Positions 32,983 to 42,954 of a DNA stretch of 64,000 nucleotides are shown in pieces. Each line of letters starts with the position of its first letter. The first letter of the stretch is position 1. The DNA is from an uncultured Anaerolineales bacterium (GTDB lineage: Bacteria > Chloroflexota > Anaerolineae > UBA1429). Where the stretch lies: contig CAYZWT010000021.1 in the NCBI GenBank assembly GCA_964482225.1, forward strand, positions 486-64,485, read 5' to 3'. The translations under genes and the position numbers were made by a program. The notes under the pieces are model-generated. The model saw only the letters and a program-made list of their open reading frames with translations. It searched no databases and was not told the origin of the DNA.

Positions 32983-33381
32983 TCAGCGCTGGGGCGTCGT
33001 CGCATCGAACAGGATCAGGCCGATCTCGGCGCGCCAGGCCACGATGGAGCCCGGCTCCAGATGCCCGATGTAGGTGCGGTCGTCGGCGGTGTGATGGGCC
33101 ACAAAGTGGATGTGCGGCTCACCGTTCTGGATGCTGCCCAGCATCGAGCCCACCTCGATGGGCCCCTTGGCGTCCATGTGGATATCGCCCGCCGATTCAC
33201 CCTCGCCACGGGTGATGGTGTGCATATGCAGCACCGAGAACGAGCCGATGCCCGCCGTCACCAGGCCGGTGCGGGCGCCCTCGCGGGCCAGCGCCTCGCG
33301 GATGCAGGCCAACACGTCATCGCCCCTCTCGAGCACCAACAACAGGGTACGGGTCTCACCTTGTGCCGAAACTACTTGCAT
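32983..33381 (-). CDS. PPC/DUF296 domain protein
   Basis: LERGDDV, GIGS, E.GS..GS, HIH, GHL motifs. Confidence 0.8.
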   Translation of the reverse strand: MQVVSAQGETRTLLLVLERGDDVLACIREALAREGARTGLVTAGIGSFSVLHMHTITRGEGESAGDIHMDAKGPIEVGSMLGSIQNGEPHIHFVAHHTADDRTYIGHLEPGSIVAWRAEIGLILFDATTPQR

Positions 33382-33416
33382 GGTTGCTCTCCCTTGTCTA
33401 TCTGATCCGAAAAAGA

Positions 33417-33442
33417 GGGCACGCACGGGGGCGCGCCCCTAC
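33417..33442 (-). repeat. GTAG-type REP-like element
   Basis: GGGCACGCACGGGGGCGCGCCCCTAC, related to 62376-62405. Confidence 0.6.
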
Positions 33443-33466
33443 CCACTCTCGACGATGCGCAACGCC

Positions 33467-34192
33467 CTACTGACCCAGCCCCGCATAGTAGGCCGCGACG
33501 GTCTCCACGTCCACCGTGTCGTCCATCGGCATCCCCAGCCGCTCGTAAAGGCCGCGTCGCCCGCGCATGTCGGCCAGCAGAATGGCGATGGCGTGGGTGG
33601 CCACCTCCTCGGCCAGGTCGTGGGGCACCACGATCACGCCGTCATCGTCGCAGCCCACGATATCGCCAGGGCACACCTGGACGCCCCCGCAGCCGATGGG
33701 CACGTTGGCCTCGACCTCCATGATACGCCCGGGGATGATGGTGCGCCCCCGCCCCCGCGAACAGATGGGCGTCTTTTGCAGGGCCACCTCATACGTATCG
33801 CGGCACTGGCCGTCGGTCACAATGCCGGCTGCGCCCGCCGAGATGATCCCCAGCGAGTTGTTCGAGCCCCAATAGCCGGTCTCACGTGCGCCGCCGGTGT
33901 CGGTCACGACGACGCAGCCCGGCGTGATCAACTCCCGCAGCTTGACCGGGTTGGGATACCTGGCGTACCAGTGGGCATGATCGGCCACGATCTCCTCGGT
34001 GGTCTCCAGCTTCCACATGGGGCGGTTGGAGGGCACGCAGCGCAGGGTGACGGCCGGCCCCCAGAAGCGCATCCCCAACCAGAGGGGGCGAATCTCGGGA
34101 TCCATCAGGCCGATGTCGAAATAGCCGATGCCGTCCAGGGCGTCGGCCACATCCACCACGCGCAGGTACTTGTACAGGTCAATGACGTTCAT
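33467..34192 (-). CDS. RraA-like / HMG-aldolase family protein
   Basis: DVADALD, GPAVT, WGSNN, GIVTDGQCRD, PGDIVGCDDDGVIVVP. Confidence 0.88.
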   Translation of the reverse strand: MNVIDLYKYLRVVDVADALDGIGYFDIGLMDPEIRPLWLGMRFWGPAVTLRCVPSNRPMWKLETTEEIVADHAHWYARYPNPVKLRELITPGCVVVTDTGGARETGYWGSNNSLGIISAGAAGIVTDGQCRDTYEVALQKTPICSRGRGRTIIPGRIMEVEANVPIGCGGVQVCPGDIVGCDDDGVIVVPHDLAEEVATHAIAILLADMRGRRGLYERLGMPMDDTVDVETVAAYYAGLGQ

Positions 34193-34333
34193 CTCGATCC
34201 TCCCGCTCAGGTTGCATCGGTGCATCTCGCTCACATGGCCCCATTGTAGCACATGGGCGGCAACCCTCAAGCCCTGGCGCAGGGCGCGTGAATCGGATAC
34301 CATACGCGCACATCGCCATCGGAAGGAGTTGCC

Positions 34334-35170
34334 ATGTCCATCATGTCATTACCCCCCGGCGTCACCGTGCACCGCGACCTGGCCTACACGCCCGATCCGC
34401 ACCCGCGCCAGCATCTCGATCTCTACCTGCCCCCCGGCGATGCCCCATTGCCCCTGATCGTTTGGGTGCACGGCGGGGCCTTTCGCGCCGGCAGCAAGGA
34501 CGATTTCGTACCCGCCGAGTATCTGGCGCTTGGCTATGCCATCGCCTCGGTGAATTACCGGCTGAGCCAGCACGCCCTCTGGCCCGCCCAGATCGTGGAC
34601 TGCAAGGCCGCCGTGCGCTGGCTGCGCGCCCACGCGGGCGACTATGGGCTGGACCCAGAGCGCTTTGCCGCCTGGGGCCCCTCAGCGGGCGGCCATCTGG
34701 TGGCCATGCTCGGCGTCACCGGCCACGGGAGCGCGTACGACCAGGGCGAGCATCTGGATATACTCAGTAGCGTCAGTGCCGTGGTGGATTACTTTGGCCC
34801 TACCGACTTTTTGCAGATGGACGCCCACCGGCTGCCCGAGGGCATGGAGCACGACCCCGCCGACTCGCCCGAGTCCGAGCTGGTGGGCGGCGCCATCCAG
34901 GAGCATCCGGAGCGGGTGGCTGCCGCCAATCCGGTCACCTATGTCACCGGCGATGCACCGCCCTTTTTGATCGTGCATGGCGAGCGCGATCCCCTGGTGC
35001 CGCACCATCAGAGCGTCCTGCTCTACGAGGCGTTGCAGACCGCCGGCGTGCCCGTCGAGCTCTATACCGTGCCGGGCGGCGGCCACGGCGGGTTCACCGA
35101 TCCCCGCGTGGACGAGCTGACGCGGGCGTTCCTGGCGCGCACCATCGGGGCCGGGCGCGCTGCATCGTAG
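34334..35170 (+). CDS. Alpha/beta hydrolase (HSL-family esterase)
   Basis: HGGAF, NYRL, GPSAGG, HGERDPLVP, GGH. Confidence 0.92.
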   Translation: MSIMSLPPGVTVHRDLAYTPDPHPRQHLDLYLPPGDAPLPLIVWVHGGAFRAGSKDDFVPAEYLALGYAIASVNYRLSQHALWPAQIVDCKAAVRWLRAHAGDYGLDPERFAAWGPSAGGHLVAMLGVTGHGSAYDQGEHLDILSSVSAVVDYFGPTDFLQMDAHRLPEGMEHDPADSPESELVGGAIQEHPERVAAANPVTYVTGDAPPFLIVHGERDPLVPHHQSVLLYEALQTAGVPVELYTVPGGGHGGFTDPRVDELTRAFLARTIGAGRAAS

Positions 35171-35179
35171 AGGGCGCTG

Positions 35180-36046
35180 ATGGCAGCCTATCGCGCATGG
35201 CGGCCGGCGGCGGTGCACGCGGCGTTGCTGGCAGCCTTGATTCTCGCGCCCCTGACCATCTGGTTTGGCCGGGCGAACCGCTACATCGTGTTCCTGTACG
35301 AGCACATGGGGGCCGCGCCGTTCGACCCGGCGACCACGGGGCGTTACTGGATGGCGAGCCTGGTGGCCTCGGGCGGCGCGGCGGTGGTCTATGCGGCGTA
35401 CTGCTGGCTGCGGGGCAGATGCGCCGCGCATGGGGGCGCCGCCTGGGCGCCGCCGGCATGGGAGTGCGTCTGGCTGATAGGCGCGCTGCCCGTGGGGGGC
35501 GGCGTCGTGGCGATCACCATGGGCCTGGGGGCGCCCACGTTGCCGCTGCCCCTGGCGCTGGCCTGCGCCGCCGCCGCCCTGGCAGGACTGGCGGGCGCGG
35601 CAGCCCCGGGCGCCCTGGCCGCTCGCGACCCCGCGGGGCTGGCCTGGCTGGCGGCAGATGGGGCGGCCCTGGTCGCGCCCCTCTTGCTTCTGCGGGCGGT
35701 TGCGCCCGAGATGCGCCTGCTCCTGGGCGATGCCCTGGCGCTGGCGGCGGCCGGGCTGAGCCTGCTAGCGGCCCTCGGTTGGGCAGCGATCATGACGCTG
35801 CTGCGGCGCTGGCGCGGGCGCGCCATGCCCTCAGCGGCCAGCCTCTATGCCGGCGGCCTGATCCAGGCCTACCTGCTGCTGCCGCTGGCCCACTATCTCC
35901 TCTCCGATCCCGGCGGCCCGTATTATGTCACCTCAGCGGACAACTTTTTCCCCGCCAGCCCGCTGCTGCAGGCCGCCATCCTGCTGATGGTCTGGGGCAT
36001 GGCCCAGGGGGTGACGCGGGGGCGTGCTGGCCCGCTCCGGGGGTAA
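35180..36046 (+). CDS. Hypothetical multi-pass membrane protein
   Basis: Several hydrophobic segments; co-oriented 9 bp after the esterase; YIVFLYEH and YVTSADNFF loops. Confidence 0.6.
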   Translation: MAAYRAWRPAAVHAALLAALILAPLTIWFGRANRYIVFLYEHMGAAPFDPATTGRYWMASLVASGGAAVVYAAYCWLRGRCAAHGGAAWAPPAWECVWLIGALPVGGGVVAITMGLGAPTLPLPLALACAAAALAGLAGAAAPGALAARDPAGLAWLAADGAALVAPLLLLRAVAPEMRLLLGDALALAAAGLSLLAALGWAAIMTLLRRWRGRAMPSAASLYAGGLIQAYLLLPLAHYLLSDPGGPYYVTSADNFFPASPLLQAAILLMVWGMAQGVTRGRAGPLRG

Positions 36047-36139
36047 CCACCCTCACAGTGTCCTTGGCGCGCGGCGCCCCCCTCTGGTACAATCCCCATA
36101 GAGACCCTGTCCCTGCGCACCACCACAGGAGCGATTCCC

Positions 36140-37411
36140 ATGAAAGTAGCAGTCATCGGCGGCGGCTCGACCTACACCCCCGAACTGGTCAGCGGGTTCA
36201 TCGAACAGGCCGAGACGCTGGGCCTGCGTGAGGTCTGGCTGATGGACATAGACCGGGAGCGATTGGACATTGTGGGGGGCTTTGCCTGGCGCATGGTCGA
36301 GGCGGCCGGGCGCCCCTTCCAGCTCAATCTGACCACCGAGCGCGATCTGGCGCTGCAGGGCGCCGCCTTTGTCGAGACCCAGATCCGCGTGGGCGGCATG
36401 CGCGCGCGCCTGGCCGACGAGGAACTGGGCATGCGCTGGGGGCTGGTGGGCCAGGAAACCACCGGCGTGGGCGGCATGGCCAAGGCCCTGCGCACCGCCC
36501 CCGTGATCCTGGAGGTGGCCCGCGATATACAGCGCCTCTGCCCCGAGGCCTGGCTGATCAACTTTGCCAACCCCAGCGGCCTGGTAACCGAGGCATTGCA
36601 GCGCTATGCCCCGGCGGTGCGCTCGGTGGGCCTGTGCAACAGCCCCATCGGCTATCAGATGCGCATCGCCCGCCAGTTCGGGGTGGACGCCCGCCAGGTG
36701 GACCTGGACTATCTGGGGCTGAACCACCTGTCCTGGGTGCGCGGCGCGGCCATCCAGGGGCGCGACGTCTGGCCGGAGGTGTTCCCCGCCTGGCTGGAGC
36801 ATCTTGAACAGGAGGCCGAGCCCGCCATCCCGCCCTATCTGGCGCGCCTGTTGGGGGCCATGCCCTCGTACTATTTGCGCTACTATTACCGCACCGCCGC
36901 TGTGGTAGAGGCCCAGCGCACGGGCACGCCCCGGGCGCGCCAGGTGATCGAGATCGAGCGGCAGACCCTGGCCCGCTATGCCGATCCCGACCTCACGACG
37001 CTGCCCCCCGAGCTCATGGAGCGGGGCGGCGCCTATTACTCGACGGCCGCCGTGCAGCTCATGCTGGCGCTGGCGCGGCGCACCAGCGAGGTCCATATCG
37101 TCAACACGCGAGTGGGCGACGCCGTGCCCGGCTGGCCCGCCGACTGGGTGGGCGAGCTGCCCTGCCGCGTCAGCACGGCGGGGGTGTATCCGCTGCCCAC
37201 GGCGCCGCTGCCCATCATGGCCGATGGCCTGGTGCGGGCGGTCAAGGCGTACGAGCTGCTGACCGCCGAGGCCGCCGCGACGGGTAGCCGCGATGCGGCG
37301 TTGCAGGCCCTGGCGGTGCACCCCCTGGGGCCCGGCGCCGACCGCGCCCCCGCCCTGTTTGAGGACATGCTGCGCACCCACGCCGCCCACCTGGAATACC
37401 TGACGGAGTAG
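36140..37411 (+). CDS. GH4 6-phospho-beta-glucosidase
   Basis: KVAVIGGGSTYTPEL, QIRVGG, GQETTGVGG, NFANPSG, GLCN, GLNHL, RGGAYYS. Confidence 0.93.
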   Translation: MKVAVIGGGSTYTPELVSGFIEQAETLGLREVWLMDIDRERLDIVGGFAWRMVEAAGRPFQLNLTTERDLALQGAAFVETQIRVGGMRARLADEELGMRWGLVGQETTGVGGMAKALRTAPVILEVARDIQRLCPEAWLINFANPSGLVTEALQRYAPAVRSVGLCNSPIGYQMRIARQFGVDARQVDLDYLGLNHLSWVRGAAIQGRDVWPEVFPAWLEHLEQEAEPAIPPYLARLLGAMPSYYLRYYYRTAAVVEAQRTGTPRARQVIEIERQTLARYADPDLTTLPPELMERGGAYYSTAAVQLMLALARRTSEVHIVNTRVGDAVPGWPADWVGELPCRVSTAGVYPLPTAPLPIMADGLVRAVKAYELLTAEAAATGSRDAALQALAVHPLGPGADRAPALFEDMLRTHAAHLEYLTE

Positions 37412-37417
37412 ATCACC

Positions 37418-38407
37418 ATGTCACAAGCAGCACTGTATTTGGGAGTGGATGCGGGCGGTACCAAGACCCACGCCCTGATCTGCGATGGGGCCGGGCGGGT
37501 GCGCGGCGTGGGCATCGCCGGGCCCGGCAACTGGGAGGGCGTGGGGCTGGAGGGCGCCCTGGCGACCTACCGCGAGGCCCTGGGCCAGGCCCTGGCCCAG
37601 GCGGGTGTGTCAGCGGCCCAGTTGTCCGCCGGGGGCTATGGCCTGGCGGGCTATGATTGGCCCAGCGACCACGGACGGCTGGACCCGCTGCTGGAGCGGC
37701 TGGGCGTGCCCGGCCCCCGGGTGCTGGTGAACGACAGCGCCGTGGCGCTGCGGGCCGGCGCCGAGGATGGCGTGGGCGTGGTGATCATCGCCGGAACGGG
37801 CACCACCGTGGCGGGCTGCAACCCGGCGGGCCAGCGCTGGCGCACCTTTGGCGAGGGCAACGACCTGGGCGACATCGGCGGAGCGGGCGACATTGCGCGG
37901 CTGGCGCTGCGGGCCGTGGCCCGGGCCACCACCGGCGCCGGCCCTGAGACCGCCCTCACCGACGCATTCCTGCAGCACTATGGCGCGTCGTCGGCGATGG
38001 AGATGCTGGAATGGATCGTGCGGGGAGAGGCGCCCCGGCCCAACGGCGCGCTGGCGCCCCAGGTGTTCGCCACAGCCGAGGCGGGCGACGCCGTAGCCCA
38101 GGGGATCATCCGCGTCGTGGGGGCGGCCCTGGGCGGCAACGCCGCCGCCGTGGCGCGCCGCCTGGGCATGGGCGATCTCGCCTTTCCCGTGGTGCTGGCG
38201 GGGGGCGTGTTCCGCTCGCGCAGCGCGGCGCTGGTGGCGGCCATCATGGCGCCGGTGCGGGCCTTGGCGCCCCACGCCCACCCGCGCCCGCTGGAGACCC
38301 TGCCGGTGGTGGGGGGCGCGCTGCTGGCCATGGAGGCCGCCGGGCAGCATGTGGTCCCCGACGTGCACAAGCGGCTGGCCCGCGAGGCCCAGGAGCGGCT
38401 GGGGTAG
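37418..38407 (+). CDS. BadF/BadG/BcrA/BcrD-type sugar (GlcNAc-like) kinase
   Basis: LGVDAGGTKT, VND, IAGTG, LGD.G, LAGGVF. Confidence 0.88.
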   Translation: MSQAALYLGVDAGGTKTHALICDGAGRVRGVGIAGPGNWEGVGLEGALATYREALGQALAQAGVSAAQLSAGGYGLAGYDWPSDHGRLDPLLERLGVPGPRVLVNDSAVALRAGAEDGVGVVIIAGTGTTVAGCNPAGQRWRTFGEGNDLGDIGGAGDIARLALRAVARATTGAGPETALTDAFLQHYGASSAMEMLEWIVRGEAPRPNGALAPQVFATAEAGDAVAQGIIRVVGAALGGNAAAVARRLGMGDLAFPVVLAGGVFRSRSAALVAAIMAPVRALAPHAHPRPLETLPVVGGALLAMEAAGQHVVPDVHKRLAREAQERLG

Positions 38408-38431
38408 GGCAGAGGGAGGAGAGGAGGAGAG

Positions 38432-40957
38432 ATGGACCAAAAGCGTGAGGTTCGTTACTGGAAGATCGCCCCTGGCCGGAATGCGCGCTATTGGGATCTC
38501 TGGCGCGACGAAGGGTTTGCCTCGGTTGGCTGGAACGAGTTGGGAGACCTGACGGGACTCACTCACGAGGAGTTCGTCGAGCGCCGCCAGCCCTATCTCA
38601 CCGGCAGGGATGCTCGGACCCCGGCGGGAACAGAGCAAGTGTGGCGGTTCCGCAACGATATCCGAGTGGGTGATCGGATCGTTGCGAATCAAGGTCTCGA
38701 TAGGATTGTGGGAATCGGAACCGTCACGGGTGACTACCGTTACGTCGAAGATGCAGATCATGCACATCGTCGACCAGTAACGTGGGACGATCTGACACCA
38801 CGCCAGATACCGAGAAGGCATGGTTGGCACAGGACTCTTGTTGAGCTAACTGAAGCCGAGTTCCATGAGATCGTTGGCTCACCCATTGAGACTTACGACC
38901 AGCAGCTTGCGCAGCCCTTCCTGAGAGTCTTTGCCAATCGGGAAGAAGCGGTCTGCGCCTTTGGATTGCTGCGTGAAGCAGTCGAGCGGCTGCGAGTTTC
39001 CGGGCCAGACGACCCGCGCTATAGCCTGAGTCTGCGCTATTACGGAGCCGGTCATGCCCTCCAACTTGTGTTCGGCTCGTGGCTGGTGCTAGGTTTCTAT
39101 GGCCCGCCCTCGCAAGAGAGGCGTGTGGGGCTCGCGCTCCTGGACGAGCACGCCCATTCCTATGCTGCGTATCGCGATTATGTGTTCAAGGTGGCCAGCG
39201 CGCCCGCAGTGTCTGTCTATATGCTGCCTGCCGAACTTGTTCGAGAGGGCGCAGAGGACCTGCTTCCGATCTTCTGGCGGACGGTTGACCATATTGCCTT
39301 GCGCTTTGCCCATTGGTCGGCAGCCAGTAGCAGAAGAGCCCACCAGACAGAAGTCGCTAACGCGGTCTTTGATCCTGCCAGGCTTCCCCTTCTTTTGAGC
39401 GAGGGGATTACACCGCTGCCACCTACTGACGGCTATTTCGACGATGCGACGTTTGCATTGCTGGGGGGTCTGCGCAAAACCCCTACCAGAGACTACTATC
39501 AGCAGAATAGGGAGGCGTTTGCCCAATATGTTGAGCACCCTCTCAAGGAGTTAATGGCGGATGTGGCAGCGAGGTTGCCAGAGCCTACTCTGCGGCTGAT
39601 GGAGACGGAAAGCGGAACACTCGCTCGTATTCTCAAGAATGACTATGGCCGAGGCGGTGCATGGCCTCACCTGTGGGCGGCGTACTATCCAAAGGGCGGG
39701 AAACGAATCGCGGATGCCCAGCTTTCCGTCGGTCTCAATGCTGACGAGCTGCGCTTCGGCTTTAGCCTTGGCCGATACAGCGGCCAGATTGCCGACCGTT
39801 TTCACACCAATCTAATGAGAGAGACAGGGCTGTTGAGCGATCTTCTCGGGTCGACTCTGAATCGTGAAGACCTGTTCTGGGGTCAAGCTCCTGATGAGCG
39901 GCTGAATTTCGCCGCCTGGCTGCAATCGTCCGCGTTTCCTCGCGCCATGGTGAGTCTGTCCCCTAACGAAGCGTTGGCGATGTCCAAACAAGAGTTGGCC
40001 GAAGCCATTGCCTCCGCTTTCACCGACCTCTACCCATTGGTGCTCTTGGCAACCTTGGATGATCCTATGCCAGAGATATATCGTTTCTTTGACGACGAAG
40101 ATCCGGAGCCAGAGCTGCAACCCGCGTATTCTTTGATAGAATGCGCCCAGAACACGGGTTTTGATCGCGCAATGCTACGTGAATGGCTCGCGAGCCTGGA
40201 GCGCAAGGGACAGATGGTTCTGTACGGGCCGCCAGGCACCGGCAAGACATATGTCGCCAAAGAACTGGCCAAGCACCTGGTGGGCGGAAGCGACGGATTC
40301 TGGGAGATCGTCCAGTTTCATCCCGCCTACGCCTATGAGGACTTTGTGCAGGGCATACGGCCCGTGGAACGGCCAGAAGGAGGTCTGGCCTATCCTGTTG
40401 TGCCGGGGACCCTGATGCGCTTTTGCAACGAGGCGAGCCAACGCACGGGCATATGCATTCTCATCATTGATGAGATCAACCGAGCCAACCTTGCGCGGGT
40501 ATTCGGCGAGCTGATGTACCTCTTGGAGTATCGCGGAGAGGCTGTGCCTCTGGCAGCAGGGGAGCGACGCTTTAGTATCCCGCCCAACGTGCGCATCATC
40601 GGCACCATGAATACCGCTGACCGTTCCATCGCGCTGGTTGACCATGCCCTGAGGCGGCGCTTTGCTTTCATCGCTCTCTACCCGCAATACCCTGTGCTGC
40701 GCCGGTGGCATGCCAACGGAACCGGTTTTGACGCCGAGGGCCTGATTCGGGTGCTAGAACGGCTGAACCGTACCATCGCTGATCCAAACTACTCTATCGG
40801 CGTTTCGTTCTTTCTAGTTGCGCGTCCTTCAGACACGTTACCCAGCGTGTGGAGAACCGAGATTGAGCCTTATCTGGAGGAGTACTTTTTCGACCAACGC
40901 AGTACCGTGGATCAGTTCCGCTGGGAGCGTGTGCGCGCCGAGGTACTGGGTGAATGA
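38432..40957 (+). CDS. mcrB: McrB-like AAA+ GTPase with an extended multi-domain N-terminus
   Basis: YGPPGTGKT, VQFHPAYAYEDFVQG, IIDEINRANL, FGEL, GTMNTADRS, ALRRRF. Confidence 0.92.
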   Translation: MDQKREVRYWKIAPGRNARYWDLWRDEGFASVGWNELGDLTGLTHEEFVERRQPYLTGRDARTPAGTEQVWRFRNDIRVGDRIVANQGLDRIVGIGTVTGDYRYVEDADHAHRRPVTWDDLTPRQIPRRHGWHRTLVELTEAEFHEIVGSPIETYDQQLAQPFLRVFANREEAVCAFGLLREAVERLRVSGPDDPRYSLSLRYYGAGHALQLVFGSWLVLGFYGPPSQERRVGLALLDEHAHSYAAYRDYVFKVASAPAVSVYMLPAELVREGAEDLLPIFWRTVDHIALRFAHWSAASSRRAHQTEVANAVFDPARLPLLLSEGITPLPPTDGYFDDATFALLGGLRKTPTRDYYQQNREAFAQYVEHPLKELMADVAARLPEPTLRLMETESGTLARILKNDYGRGGAWPHLWAAYYPKGGKRIADAQLSVGLNADELRFGFSLGRYSGQIADRFHTNLMRETGLLSDLLGSTLNREDLFWGQAPDERLNFAAWLQSSAFPRAMVSLSPNEALAMSKQELAEAIASAFTDLYPLVLLATLDDPMPEIYRFFDDEDPEPELQPAYSLIECAQNTGFDRAMLREWLASLERKGQMVLYGPPGTGKTYVAKELAKHLVGGSDGFWEIVQFHPAYAYEDFVQGIRPVERPEGGLAYPVVPGTLMRFCNEASQRTGICILIIDEINRANLARVFGELMYLLEYRGEAVPLAAGERRFSIPPNVRIIGTMNTADRSIALVDHALRRRFAFIALYPQYPVLRRWHANGTGFDAEGLIRVLERLNRTIADPNYSIGVSFFLVARPSDTLPSVWRTEIEPYLEEYFFDQRSTVDQFRWERVRAEVLGE

Positions 40958-42156
40958 GCCACACACCCCAGTTACTGGAATTGGTCGAGTACGAGGCCAT
41001 GCCTCTGCATAAGTCGGCGCTTGACCCCGCCTTGGCGCAGGCGCTTTGGCGGCAACACGGGGCCAAGATCAACGTCGAAGCCCCCTCGTTCCATAACGAC
41101 GACCAATGGGTGCTCACACCCCAAGGCTGGGTTGGCTACATACCATTGAGCTCCGATCTACATCTTGCGTTGAGGCCCAAGGTGCCGATAGCGAACCTCT
41201 TTCGTATGCTCGAGTATGCCTACCGGCTAGGCACATTCTTTCGCCAAGACCTCGTACAGGTCGAGTCGCTGGAGGAGCTCTACGAGCGGCTGGCGCTGGT
41301 GCTGGCCCAGCGCGTCCTTGATCGAGCCAGGCAGGGCCTCTATCGAGACTATATCTCTTTGGACGAGCGAACACCCTTCATCCGGGGCCGCATGGAGCTG
41401 CGACACGCCGCTACCCGCCCTTGGGATCACAACCCACATTGCCATTATCACGAACACACTGCCGACGTGAGGGAGAATCGCATCCTGGCCTATACCTTGT
41501 TCCAGATTGCCAGGACGGGTATCTGCACCGAGCATTCGCGCGCTACGGTGCATCAAGCCCTGCGCTGCATGGGCCACGTGGCATCTCTGGAGCCGGTATC
41601 GCCCCAACAGTGCCTCGACCTGCTATACCATCGGCTCAATGAGGACTACCAGCCTTTGCACGCGCTGTGCCACTTTTTCCTCGCCCACGTCGGACCGGGT
41701 CATCGGTCTGGCGATCAACAGATGTTGCCTTTCCTGATCAACATGAATCAGCTCTTTGAGTCCTTTGTGGCTGCATGGCTACAACGAGCCAGCCTGCCCG
41801 GCTATCGCTTTACAGACCAGGAAAAACTGGAATGGGATGCTACGAATGGGCTGAGATCGAGCATTGACCTGGTGCTATGGGATGATGCTCTGGGCAAGCC
41901 GGTAGCTGTGCTGGACACCAAATACAAGCGTAGCGTCGTTCCCGAACCGGCGGATGTGCATCAAGGCGTCTTCTATGCCCAGGGGCTGGGTTGTCACGAG
42001 GCCGTGCTTGTCTATCCGACGCTACTTGAGCGAGAAATTGACACGTATGTAGGGGATATCCGCGTTCGCACCCTCACATTCGATCTCTCCGGCGATCTGG
42101 ATGCCGCAGGAGAGGCATTCCTGAGAGAGTTGTTGGGCGAGAGGATAGCAGGATAG
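40954..42156 (+). CDS. mcrC: McrC-like PD-(D/E)xK nuclease subunit
   Basis: ATGA overlap with mcrB; GWVG.I, RPKVPI.NLF.ML.Y, NMNQLFESFV, DLVL...LDTKYK, D.HQ...YA. Confidence 0.9.
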   Translation: MSHTPQLLELVEYEAMPLHKSALDPALAQALWRQHGAKINVEAPSFHNDDQWVLTPQGWVGYIPLSSDLHLALRPKVPIANLFRMLEYAYRLGTFFRQDLVQVESLEELYERLALVLAQRVLDRARQGLYRDYISLDERTPFIRGRMELRHAATRPWDHNPHCHYHEHTADVRENRILAYTLFQIARTGICTEHSRATVHQALRCMGHVASLEPVSPQQCLDLLYHRLNEDYQPLHALCHFFLAHVGPGHRSGDQQMLPFLINMNQLFESFVAAWLQRASLPGYRFTDQEKLEWDATNGLRSSIDLVLWDDALGKPVAVLDTKYKRSVVPEPADVHQGVFYAQGLGCHEAVLVYPTLLEREIDTYVGDIRVRTLTFDLSGDLDAAGEAFLRELLGERIAG

Positions 42157-42195
42157 GCTGGGTCATTCGCAAGTGAGCACACGCCTCCGCTCCCC

Positions 42196-42657
42196 CTACC
42201 CCCGCCCCTTGCCCGTCACCGCCTCGATCCGCACCCGCACCACCACCGTGCGCGCCAGTTGCTCCGGCGGGAACGCCCAGGCGCGGCCCTCGCCAGCATA
42301 CTGGGCCATGATCAGCGCCAGGCCGTGGCGCTTGGCCGCCTCGTCCGCCAGCTCCTCCGCTGCGCCATAGGCGATCACGCTCTCGTAGGCCATGCCCCAG
42401 CCGCAGGCCGCCGGAGCGATGGTGATCTCGCCGGGCAGGTCCCATTCCAGGCACACCCGGGGGTTGGCCCGCAGGCAGTCCAGCTTGCGGCCCTCGGCGG
42501 CCATGTGCAGATAGACCGCCGCCCCGTCATAGCCAAAGCAGAGGGGCACCACATAGGGCGCCCCCTCGCAGACCAGCCCCAGGCGGCAGACCCGGCTGCG
42601 CCGGATGATGGCGTCCATGTGAGCCCGCTCTATGATCTCCCTATCCGTTCTGCGCAT
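42196..42657 (-). CDS. Pyridoxamine 5'-phosphate oxidase-like (NimA-like) flavin-binding protein
   Basis: MRRTDREI, PYVVPL, H.A.EGRK, NPRVC, YESVI, TGK. Confidence 0.88.
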   Translation of the reverse strand: MRRTDREIIERAHMDAIIRRSRVCRLGLVCEGAPYVVPLCFGYDGAAVYLHMAAEGRKLDCLRANPRVCLEWDLPGEITIAPAACGWGMAYESVIAYGAAEELADEAAKRHGLALIMAQYAGEGRAWAFPPEQLARTVVVRVRIEAVTGKGRG

Positions 42658-42954
42658 ATCGCCTCCGAGCATGCTCCATGCGCCTCGCCTTCTCCTTTTC
42701 CATACTCGTCCCTTGTCTTATCCATCTATGCGTGCCTTTGATCTCGCGCATCATAGCGCATCTGGCGCGCCCTGTCAGATCGGGAAACGGAACGCCCCTC
42801 TTCTCGGCCCAACCTGGCCACTTGGGGGATACACACATCAGCCCTATTGGGCGTTGAGGAACTGGCCCCCTGTGCGATGTGCCTGGCGGCGGCTGCCTGT
42901 ATGCTGAGGGCGCAACGTGAGGGAACCGGCGTGACAACGCAAGAGGAGACAGAC

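Noticed and set aside
38408-42195. Prophage or integrative element around mcrBC
   Set aside because: No integrase, att-like direct repeats, tRNA or transposase found at the borders
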